This document shows positions 16,766-26,627 of a DNA stretch of 64,000 bases, piece after piece. The notes under the pieces were generated by a model. It was not told where the DNA came from. It was given only the letters and a program-made list of their open reading frames with translations, and searched no databases. The stretch covers positions 2,336,001 to 2,400,000 of the forward strand of contig CP068257.2 in assembly GCA_009914755.4 (NCBI GenBank). The letters run 5' to 3'. Positions within the stretch are counted from its first letter, which is position 1; each line of letters opens with the position of its first letter. This DNA comes from the human T2T-CHM13v2.0 reference genome, Homo sapiens. A program made the position numbers and the translations under genes.

Positions 16766-16869
16766 ATTCACTTGCCCAAGTGTTCTGTCCTGTCCTCTGA
16801 ATCCGCTTTCAAGTCGCAAGACGCTGTGAGCTCCAAGTCCACGCAGAGTCCGCCAAACGCTCCGGCCGC

Positions 16870-16990
16870 TGATCCGCTCCGCGAAGATATGAGTACAGGC
16901 CAGCCAGGGTGGGTTTAAATAGCCTCGGGCGCAGCCTAGCAGCGGAAAGGGCGGAGCTTCACTCCTCCTTTCCATCAGTCACCCCCAACT
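16870..16990 (-). promoter_or_regulatory. Same TATA/GC-box element in unit B
   Basis: tttaaata at 16914-16921 and gggcgg at 16949-16954. Confidence 0.2.
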
Positions 16991-19906
16991 TTCCCAGGCT
17001 ACACCTCGTAGGAAACTGTTCTCCTGCTTTGATTTCATGCGCCACCTTTGGGACAATCTAAGAACTTACAGGTTTTCTTGGCCAGATTTATTAGGAATTG
17101 TATGCACTGAAACACTGAAAACCAACTAGTGGTTCTGTGCTTCCCACGTTGTGGTTTTGACACCAGCAGCATCCTTGCCACAATCAAACCCCGGAGATCC
17201 GCAGATCTGTGTTGTAACAAGACCTCCCCCTGACCCTGAAGCATGGCAGTTGAAGAAGTCTTTCCGTGTAAGCAAAAAGACTTTGAAGAAAAGGTGGAGA
17301 TATGCGTTGTATAAACATTCTTTTGCTCTGGAACCACGTAGAGACTTGGGAGCCAGTTGGGTGGAGCATTCGTTGGATGAGGGTGCTCGGGTTAGGAATA
17401 TCAAGGTGTTTCTCCAGATAATCCAATCATCTAATTAAGATTCCAGTTATGCTCATCTGTTTTAAAATTCCGTTTGGGTAAATTCTTTTAGTCAGACTGA
17501 GAATGGCAAAGCCTCAACCCCAATTTCCAGGGAGGGTGGAGAGCCTCAGGTGGAGTTGATCACCAATAGCCTATGGTTTAACCCATCATGCCTATAGAAT
17601 GAGGTCTCCATCAAAACCCAAAAGGACTGGGTTGAGAGAGCTTCTGGATAACACTTCCTGGAAGGTAGTGCACCCCTCCCCGCATGCCGGGCCCCACATT
17701 TATTTCTGAACTTTGTGCAATGTCCGCTAAAATACAACGGCAAATGTAAGTGTTTCCCTGCGTGCTGTGAGCTCTTCCAGCAAATGAATGCAACTAAATC
17801 TGGGAGTGGTGGCAACCTGATTTATAGCCAGTTGCTGAGAAGCACAGGTAAAACAACGTAGGGCTTCCCATTGTTATTGGTGTGGGAGGCCTGTCTGGCG
17901 GGACTCGGCCCTTTGGAATCTAATGCTATGTCCCGGTAGATAGCGTCACCATTGAATTAGAAGACACACATATGTGGAGAATAATCTTTCTGGTCATTTA
18001 CTGCATGTCATATTTACAATATGTAATCAAATTCTTTATCCTGACCTTATGGCACCTGGGTTTAGGACCATGATTTGAACCAAACGTTGGTCTGTCACTT
18101 TCTGAGTTTGAAACTTTATTTTGCCTTTAGCGTTTTGCTATTGCTTTTTCGTTTTCTTTTGTTTCGTTTCGTTTCTAAGTTCTGGGGTATATGTGCAGGA
18201 TGTGCAGATTTGTTACTAAGGTAAACGTGTGCCATGGTGGTTTGCTGCACCTGTCAACCCGTCACCTAGGTATTAAGCCCAGCATGCAGTAGCTGTTTTT
18301 CTTAACGCTCTGCCTCCCGAAAGGCCCCAGTGTGTGTTGTTCCCCTTCCTGTGTCCATGGGATCTCACTTTTCAGCTCCCATTATAAGTGAGAAGGTGGC
18401 GTTTGGTTTTCTTTCCCTGGATTAGTTTGCTGACGATAATGACCACACATCACCACTGTTTTTGTTTTTTAGTATAAAGAGTAGTATTTTATTGAATAAG
18501 ATTTGCTCACAGAAAAATAAGCTTAAATCTACAATGAATGCCAGACCCTACAGCAGAAAGCAATTTTCTCACTTTTCCACACACAATGGTTCCTACTAAG
18601 TGAAAAAAAAGCCATAAAATTTCATTCACAAATGTACTACTCTGTCTCAAAACATCTCACGTAATCATGCACTGTACTAAAGCCATCAGATCAGTTCTTC
18701 AGTCAGGTTAAAGAAGTATCCCTCTAATAACTGACTTTTATAATGCTATCAATATCCACTCCCAATCAGTCTGCCATTGTTAATGGTGTACAGCATTACT
18801 GAATACAACGGAATTGATGACGCCCATATCCACAGACAAACCGTGACTTATGATGGTTTGATTTATGATTTTTCAACGTTATGATGGGTTTATTGGAATA
18901 TTAGATTCGTTTCTGAGTTACACTGGGTTTATGAGTATGCGACCCTACACTCCAGAAACAGCTGTATAAGGAAAAACAGGTGTACCTAATAAAAATATGC
19001 TTAGTGACTTGGGATAAACCAATAGATGTTCACAAGTGATGGAGAGCCGTGAAAGAGAGATAGCGGTAAATAGTTACAATAACACAATTTTCCTGCACCT
19101 GTCGAGGATTTCCCCCAAAAAACGCAGAATGTGGGATGCACCTAAGGCATATGAAAGAGAGAGGGCAGAAGGAGTAAGAGAGAAATAGGAGGAAGGAAGG
19201 AAGGAAAGAAGCAAGGAAGAAAGGAAGGAAGGAAAGAAGGAAGGAAGGACGGAAGGAAGGAAGGAAGGAAGGAAGGAAGGAAGGAAGGAAAGAAGGATGA
19301 AAGGAAGGAGAAAACACCGGTGTTACTAAAACCCCCCAAAAAATGGTTTCCCCCTGTGGGTAAGCCTACAATGTGGATGAATCTTGAAAATATTGTGCTA
19401 CGTGTTATGTCAGTCATAGCAGCTCACCTATTGTGCAATTCCGTTTATAGGAAATGTCCACAATATGGAAATCTATGCATATGGGATTGATCGCACTAGG
19501 TAGTTGCTACCTAGGGCTGAGGGTCAGGGAGAGGGTTTGAGACAGAATGAGGAGTGACTAATGTCTACAGGGTCTTTCTCTGGTCGGGGGTGATAAGACG
19601 TTTTACAATGGATTGCGAATTAAAATTGAATGTGCACAACCACAGGTATACTAAAAGCCACTCAATTCATGACCTTTAATGGGGGAATCTTACGTGGCGT
19701 AGTCTCATGGAGACCACGGCAGACATAGTGAGAGAGAAAAAGGTGAGTAAATATCTGAAACGGAGGCAGAAACAGAGAGAATGAAAAGCCCTGTGAATGG
19801 AAGGGAGAGCGAAAAGGGAAAATGGTCCTATTTACAAATGACAGATGTGAAACTGGGGTTCACATCAACAGTGTCACTGCCAGGAAGGAGGGTCATGCTA
19901 GCCATG

Positions 19907-22900
19907 TCACCGGTAGTGTGGCCCGCAGGGACGCCGACCTGCTGGAGCGTCGTGCCAGCATGGGCTGTGGCAACCACGTGGGCCAGCAGGAGGTTCCCGC
20001 TGCACAGCTGTGGGGTGAGGATAGACTGGGTGGTGATATCGGCCATTACAGGGGCCTCTTCTGCTGGCAAGAGTGTGACAGTAGCAAGTAGATGGACAGG
20101 CCTGCGTGTGAGGACGGAATGCAGGAGGGGTTCTTGTGCGGCTGGGTGTGGGGCCCTCACGGGAACCGTGGAGAAATGGCCAGGTAACTGCGTCATGTGG
20201 GCTAGTAGATTGGCCAGGGCTTCGAACTGAAGGACGATAATGGGGAGTAGATGTCAGGCCCAGGGGGTGCATGAGTGTAAGTGGAGATGGGTTTGGGGTC
20301 ACTGAGGGATGCGTGGGAGCCATCCCTGTATAGGTACAGGTCATAGGGAGATAGTCTCGTGAGGCCTGTGAGTGTCTAGGGTTGTCCTGGGTGCCTGGGG
20401 CTGACTGTGGCAGAAATCTGGGGAAGGCTGGAGAGAAGCTGGGAGACCCAGGAGAGTCCCTGAAGGCAGGGGGTGAAGAGGTGAAAGAAATGGGGGAGGG
20501 TTGCAGTAAGGTCCGTGAGTTTGTAGGTGATTCCTGGGTGCGGGAAGCTGACTCCAGGTGAAATCTGGAGATGGTTGGAGAGTAGCTGAGAGAGACAGAA
20601 GAGTCCCTGAGGGCTGGGGGTGAGAACATGAGGGAGACGGGGGAGTAAGTCAGTGAAATTCGTGAGTTCGGTGGTGTATCGTGGGTGCCTGGAACTGACT
20701 CCAGCTGGAATCTAGAGAAGTTTTGAGAGTAGCTGAAGGAGACACAAGAGTCCCTGTGGGCTGAGGGCAAAGACCTGAGACAGACCAGGGAGGACCTCAG
20801 TGAAGTCTGTGAGTCTGTAGGTGATTCCGGAGTGTGGGAGGCTGACTCCCGCTGAAATCTGGGCGTGGTGGGAGAGTAGCTGGGACAGACAGGAGAGTCC
20901 CAGGGGGCTGGGGGTGAAGACGTGAGAGAGACTGGGGAGTAACTCAGTGAAATTGCTGAGTTGGTTGGTGATACCTGGGTGCCTGGAACTGACCCCCGCT
21001 GAAATCTGGGCATGGTTGGAGAGTAGCTGGGACACACAGGAGAGTCCCTGAGGGCTGGGGGTGAAGACATGAGCGAGACCGGGGAGTAACTGAGTGAAAC
21101 TGGTGAGTTTGGTGGTGACTCCGGGGTGCCTGGAACTGACTCCAGCTGAAATGTGGGCGTGGTTGGAGAGTAGCTGGGACAGACAGGAGAGTCCCTGAGG
21201 ACTGGTGAAGACATGAGAGAGACTGGAGAGTAATTGAGTGAAATTGGTGAGTTTGGTGGTGATTCCTGGGTGCCTGGAACTGACTCCCGCTGAAGTGTGG
21301 GCATGGTTGGAGAGTAGCTGGGACAGACGGGAGAGTCCCTGAGGGATGGTGAAGACATGAGAGAGACTGGAGAGTAATTGAGTGAAATTGGTGAGTTTGG
21401 TGGTGATTTCTCGGTGCCTGCAACGGACTCCCGCTGAAGTGTGGGCGTGCTTGGAGAGTAGCTGGGACAGACAGGCGAGTCCCTGAGGGTTGGAGATAAA
21501 GACGTGCTAGAGACTGAGGAGTAACTGAGTGAAATTGGTGAGTTTGGTGGTGATTCCGGGGTGCCTGGAACGGACTCCAGCTGAAATGTAGGCGTGGTTG
21601 GAGAGTAGCTGGGACAGACGGGAGAGTCCCTGAGGGATGGTGAAGACATGAGAGAGACTGGGGAGTAACGCAGTGAAATTGGTGAGTTTGGTGGTGATTT
21701 CTGGGTGCCTGCAACGGACTCCCGCTGAAGTGTGGGCGTGCTTGGAGAGTAGCTGGGACAGACAGGCGAGTCCCTGAGGGTTGGAGATAAAGACGTGCTA
21801 GAGACTGAGGAGTAACTGAGTGAAATTGGTGAGTTTGGTGGTGATTCCGGGGTGCCTGGAACGGACTCCAGCTGAAATGTGGGCGTGGTTGGAGAGTAGC
21901 TGGGACAGACGGGAGAGTCCCTGAGGGATGGTGAAGACATGAGAGAGACTGGGGAGTAACGCAGTGAAATTGGTGAGTTTGGTGGTGATTTCTGGGTGCC
22001 TGCAACGGACTCCCGCTGAAGTGTGGGCGTGCTTGGAGAGTAGCTGGGACAGACAGGCGAGTCCCTGAGGGTTGGAGATAAAGACGTGCTGGAGACTGGG
22101 GAGTAACTCAGTGAAAGTGGTGGGCTTGGTGGTGATCCCAGGGTTCCTGGAACTGACCCGCGCTGAAATGTGGGCGTGGTTGGAGAGTAGCTGGGACAGA
22201 CTGGAGGGTCCGTAAGGGCTGGGGGTGAAGACGTGAGAGAGACTGGCGAGGATCTCACTGAGGTCTGTGAGTTTGTAGGTGTTTCTGGGGTGTGGGGTAC
22301 AGACTCCCGCTGAAATCTGGGCGTAGTTGGAGAGTAGCTGGGACAGACAGGAGAGTCATGGGTGGCTGGGGGTGAGCTGCTGGATGATGGCAGTAAGAAC
22401 ATATGGTACATTATTGACGAATGAGGTGACTGTGAAGAATCTCCAGAGGAGGACACGGGAGAACACAATGACATGAGTGACTGTCCTGCTTGGTTAGGAA
22501 AGGGAAACGTAAAGTTGTGGAATTCTGTTGATGATGGATGTGAGAGTGGTGAAGCCCTGCGGGATGATGTAGAGGACTTCCACATCCCTGGTGAGGAGCT
22601 GCCCCTTGGGTCTGAGTTTCTGGGAGGGGAGAGGGAGAAGCTGGGTGAGGCAGGCATGAATCTTGAGGAGTCAGGGCTGGGGGACCGCTCATATTCTCCC
22701 GAGACCTGTGAGTCTCTGGGGGACTCCTGGGTGCATGGGGCTGACTCCCGCAGGAACCTGGGGTTGGCTGGAGAGTAACTGGGAGCCACAGGAGGGTCCC
22801 TGAGGCCTGGGGGTGAAGAGATGCAAGACACAGGGGTGGAGCAGCGTGAGGCTCGTGAGTTTGTAGGTGATTCCTGGGTGTGGGGGGCTGACTCCAGCTG

Positions 22901-23323
22901 AAATCTGGGGTTGTTTGGAGAGTAGCTGGGAGACACAGGAGAACCCCCGAGAGCTGGGGGTGAGCTGCTGGGTGATGGCAGTAAGAACATGTGGTATATT
23001 ATTGATGAACGTGGGGACTCTGAGGAGTCCTCAGAGGAGGACACAGCAGAGCCCAATGGCTTCATTGATTGCCCATCACGGTGAGGACAGGGAAATGGGA
23101 GCTTGTGGGATTCTGGTGATGACAGAGGTGAGTGTGGTGAAGCCCTAGGGGATGGTGAATGGTAGTTCCGGATCCCTGGTGAGGAGCTTCCCCTTAAGCC
23201 GGAGTTTCTGAGAGGGGAGAGGGAGAAGCTGGGTGAGGCTCGCATGGACCTTGGGGTGTCCGTGCTGGGGGACCGTTCATAAGAAGAGCCAGACAAGACC
23301 CTACTGTTCTTAGGTGCAGACAT
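19907..23323 (-). CDS. Candidate ORF of 1138 aa encoding a Ser/Pro-rich repeat protein (hypothetical)
   Basis: ATG at 23323 in the context ctaatcATGt, about 350 bp downstream (minus-strand sense) of a GC-box/TATTTAAA element. It has no stops for 3.4 kb. Unit D has the same length and a near-identical sequence. Confidence 0.3.
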   Translation of the reverse strand: MSAPKNSRVLSGSSYERSPSTDTPRSMRASPSFSLSPLRNSGLRGSSSPGIRNYHSPSPRASPHSPLSSPESHKLPFPCPHRDGQSMKPLGSAVSSSEDSSESPRSSIIYHMFLLPSPSSSPPALGGSPVSPSYSPNNPRFQLESAPHTQESPTNSRASRCSTPVSCISSPPGLRDPPVAPSYSPANPRFLRESAPCTQESPRDSQVSGEYERSPSPDSSRFMPASPSFSLSPPRNSDPRGSSSPGMWKSSTSSRRASPLSHPSSTEFHNFTFPFPNQAGQSLMSLCSPVSSSGDSSQSPHSSIMYHMFLLPSSSSSPPATHDSPVCPSYSPTTPRFQRESVPHTPETPTNSQTSVRSSPVSLTSSPPALTDPPVCPSYSPTTPTFQRGSVPGTLGSPPSPPLSLSYSPVSSTSLSPTLRDSPVCPSYSPSTPTLQRESVAGTQKSPPNSPISLRYSPVSLMSSPSLRDSPVCPSYSPTTPTFQLESVPGTPESPPNSPISLSYSSVSSTSLSPTLRDSPVCPSYSPSTPTLQRESVAGTQKSPPNSPISLRYSPVSLMSSPSLRDSPVCPSYSPTTPTFQLESVPGTPESPPNSPISLSYSSVSSTSLSPTLRDSPVCPSYSPSTPTLQRESVAGTEKSPPNSPISLNYSPVSLMSSPSLRDSPVCPSYSPTMPTLQRESVPGTQESPPNSPISLNYSPVSLMSSPVLRDSPVCPSYSPTTPTFQLESVPGTPESPPNSPVSLSYSPVSLMSSPPALRDSPVCPSYSPTMPRFQRGSVPGTQVSPTNSAISLSYSPVSLTSSPPAPWDSPVCPSYSPTTPRFQRESASHTPESPTDSQTSLRSSLVCLRSLPSAHRDSCVSFSYSQNFSRFQLESVPGTHDTPPNSRISLTYSPVSLMFSPPALRDSSVSLSYSPTISRFHLESASRTQESPTNSRTLLQPSPISFTSSPPAFRDSPGSPSFSPAFPRFLPQSAPGTQDNPRHSQASRDYLPMTCTYTGMAPTHPSVTPNPSPLTLMHPLGLTSTPHYRPSVRSPGQSTSPHDAVTWPFLHGSREGPTPSRTRTPPAFRPHTQACPSTCYCHTLASRRGPCNGRYHHPVYPHPTAVQREPPAGPRGCHSPCWHDAPAGRRPCGPHYR
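20365..22367. repeat. Nested 141-bp VNTR of unit C, ~14 copies
   Basis: Same 141-bp repeat; the block is 2000 bp long. Confidence 0.85.
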
Positions 23324-23384
23324 GATTAGGAAACCTGCAGCTCCCAGGGGCCCCCACTAATGTTCTAACTCGCAGAAGGAAGGA

Positions 23385-23398
23385 GTGTGTGTGCGTGT

Positions 23399-23430
<32 letters not shown>

Positions 23431-23518
23431 TTGTGTGTGTGCGGTGTGAGGTATGGGCCCCTTAAGGAAATGGAAATCAACCAACCAATGGGACAGACAG
23501 ACAGACAGACAGACAGAG
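23385..23518. repeat. (GT)n followed by (CAGA)n, in unit C
   Basis: Same arrangement; the GT tract is slightly longer. Confidence 0.95.
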
Positions 23519-23619
23519 ATTCACTTGCCCAAGTGTTCTGTCCTGTCCTCTGAATCCGCTTTCAAGTCGCAAGACGCTGTGAGCTCCAAGTCCACGCAGA
23601 GTCCGCCAAACGCTCCGGC

Positions 23620-23740
23620 CGCTGATCCGCTCCGCGAAGATCTGAGTACAGGCCAGCCAGGGTGGGTTTAAATAGCCTCGGGCGCAGCCTAGCAGCGGAA
23701 AGGGCGGAGCTTCACTCCTCCTTTCCATCAGTCACCCCCA
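23620..23740 (-). promoter_or_regulatory. Same TATA/GC-box element in unit C
   Basis: tttaaata at 23667-23674 and gggcgg at 23702-23707. It lies ~350 bp from the ATG at 23323 of the 1138-aa ORF. Confidence 0.25.
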
Positions 23741-26627
23741 ACTTTCCCAGGCTACACCTCGTAGGAAACTGTTCTCCTGCTTTGATTTCATGCGCCACCT
23801 TTGGGACAATCTAAGAACTTACAGGTTTTCTTGGCCAGATTTATTAGGAATTGTATGCACTGAAACACTGAAAACCAACTAGTGGTTCTGTGCTTCCCAC
23901 GTTGTGGTTTTGACACCAGCAGCATCCTTGCCACAATCAAACCCCGGAGATCCGCAGATCTGTGTTGTAACAAGACCTCCCCCTGACCCTGAAGCATGGC
24001 AGTTGAAGAAGTCTTTCCGTGTAAGCGAAAAGACTTTGAAGAAAAGGTGGAGATATGCGTTGTATAAACATTCTTTGGCTCTGGAACCACGTAGAGACTT
24101 GGGAGCCAGTTGGGTGGAGCATTCGTTGGATGAGGGTGCTCGGGTTAGGAATATCAAGGTGTTTCTCCAGATAATCCAATCATCTAATTAAGATTCCAGT
24201 TATGCTCATCTGTTTTAAAATTCCGTTTGGGTAAATTCTTTTAGTCAGACTGAGAATGGCAAAGCCTCAACCCCAATTTCCAGGGAGGGTGGAGAGCCTC
24301 AGGTGGAGTTGATCACCAATAGCCTATGGTTTAACCCATCATGCCTATAGAATGAGGTCTCCATCAAAACCCAAAAGGACTGGGTTCAGAGAGCTTCTGG
24401 ATAACACTTCCTGGAAGGTAGTGCACCCCTCCCCGCATGCCGGGCCCCACATTTATTTCTGAACCTTGTGCAATGTCCGCTAAAATACAACGGCAAATGT
24501 AAGTGTTTCCCTGCGTGCTGTGAGCTCTTCCAGCAAATGAATGCAACTAAATCTGGGAGTGGTGGCAACCTGATTTATAGCCAGTTGCTGAGAAGCACAG
24601 GTAAAACAACGTAGGGCTTCCCATTGTTATTGGTGTGGGAGGCCTGTCTGGCGGGACTCGGCCCTTTGGAATCTAATGCTATGTCCCGGTAGATAGCGTC
24701 ACCATTGAATTAGAAGACACACATATGTGGAGAATAATCTTTCTGGTCATTTACTGCATGTCATATTTACAATATGTAATCAAATTCTTTATCCTGACCT
24801 TATGGCACCTGGGTTTAGGACCATGATTTGAACCAAACGTTGGTCTGTCACTTTCTGAGTTTGAAACTTTATTTTGCCTTTAGCGTTTTGCTATTGCTTT
24901 TTCGTTTTCTTTTGTTTCGTTTCGTTTCTAAGTTCTGGGGTATATGTGCAGGATGTGCAGATTTGTTACTAAGGTAAACGTGTGCCATGGTGGTTTGCTG
25001 CACCTGTCAACCCGTCACCTAGGTATTAAGCCCAGCATGCAGTAGCTGTTTTTCTTAACGCTCTGCCTCCCGAAAGGCCCCAGTGTGTGTTGTTCCCCTT
25101 CCTGTGTCCATGGGATCTCACTTTTCAGCTCCCATTATAAGTGAGAAGGTGGCGTTTGGTTTTCTTTCCCTGGATTAGTTTGCTGACGATAATGACCACA
25201 CATCACCACTGTTTTTGTTTTTTAGTATAAAGAGTAGTATTTTATTGAATAAGATTTGCTCACAGAAAAATAAGCTTAAATCTACAATGAATGCCAGACC
25301 CTACAGCAGAAAGCAATTTTCTCACTTTTCCACACACAATGGTTCCTACTAAGTGAAAAAAAAGCCATAAAATTTCATTCACAAATGTACTACTCTGTCT
25401 CAAAACATCTCACGTAATCATGCACTGTACTAAAGCCATCAGATCAGTTCTTCAGTCAGGTTAAAGAAGTATCCCTCTAATAACTGACTTTTATAATGCT
25501 ATCAATATCCACTCCCAATCAGTCTGCCATTGTTAATGGTGTACAGCATTACTGAATACAACGGAATTGATGACGCCCATATCCACAGACAAACCGTGAC
25601 TTATGATGGTTTGACTTATGATTTTTCAACGTTATGATGGGTTTATTGGAATATTAGATTCGTTTCTGAGTTACACTGGGTTTATGAGTATGCGACCCTA
25701 CACTCCAGAAACAGCTGTATAAGGAAAAACAGGAGTACCTAATAAAAATATGCTTAGTGACTTGGGATAAACCAATAGATGTTCACAAGTGATGGAGAGC
25801 CGTGAAAGAGAGATAGCGGTAAATAGTTACAATAACACAATTTTCCTGCACCTGTCGAGGATTTCCCCCAAAAAACGCAGAATGTGGGATGCACCTAAGG
25901 CATATGAAAGAGAGAGGGCAGAAGGAGTAAGAGAGAAATAGGAGGAAGGAAGGAAGGAAAGAAGGAAGGAAGGAAGGAAGGAAGGAAGGAAGGAAGGAAG
26001 GAAGGAAGGAAAGAAGGATGAAAGGAAGGAGAAAACACCGGTGTTACTAAAACCCCCCAAAAAATGGTTTCCCCCTGTGGGTAAGCCTACAATGTGGATG
26101 AATCTTGAAAATATTGTGCTACGTGTTATGTCAGTCATAGCAGCTCACCTATTGTGCAATTCCGTTTATAGGAAATGTCCACAATATGGAAATCTATGCA
26201 TATGGGATTGATCGCACTAGGTAGTTGCTACCTAGGGCTGAGGGTCAGGGAGAGGGTTTGAGACAGAATGAGGAGTGACTAATGTCTACAGGGTCTTTCT
26301 CTGGTCGGGGGTGATAAGACGTTTTACAATGGATTGCGAATTAAAATTGAATGTGCACAACCACAGGTATACTAAAAGCCACTCAATTCATGACCTTTAA
26401 TGGGGGAATCTTACGTGGCGTAGTCTCATGGAGACCACGGCAGACATAGTGAGAGAGAAAAAGGTGAGTAAATATCTGAAACGGAGGCAGAAACAGAGAG
26501 AATGAAAAGCCCTGTGAATGGAAGGGAGAGCGAAAAGGGAAAATGGTCCTATTTACAAATGACAGATGTGAAACTGGGGTTCACATCAACAGTGTCACTG
26601 CCAGGAAGGAGGGTCATGCTAGCCATG

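Larger units (their letters stand above)
13063..19524. repeat. Macrosatellite unit B (~6.46 kb)
   Basis: Inner VNTR has ~12 copies. The long minus-strand ORF is disrupted in this unit. Confidence 0.9.
19525..26245. repeat. Macrosatellite unit C (~6.72 kb)
   Basis: Inner VNTR has ~14 copies. The 1138-aa minus-strand ORF is intact. Confidence 0.9.

Noticed and set aside
20944-22005. A second long minus-strand ORF of 353 aa, in another frame, inside the 141-bp VNTR (MQAPRNHHQTHQFH... repeats)
   Set aside because: It shows that more than one minus-strand frame of the VNTR is stop-free. This supports the compositional-artefact explanation and weakens the coding argument for any single frame. It is not a separate gene call.
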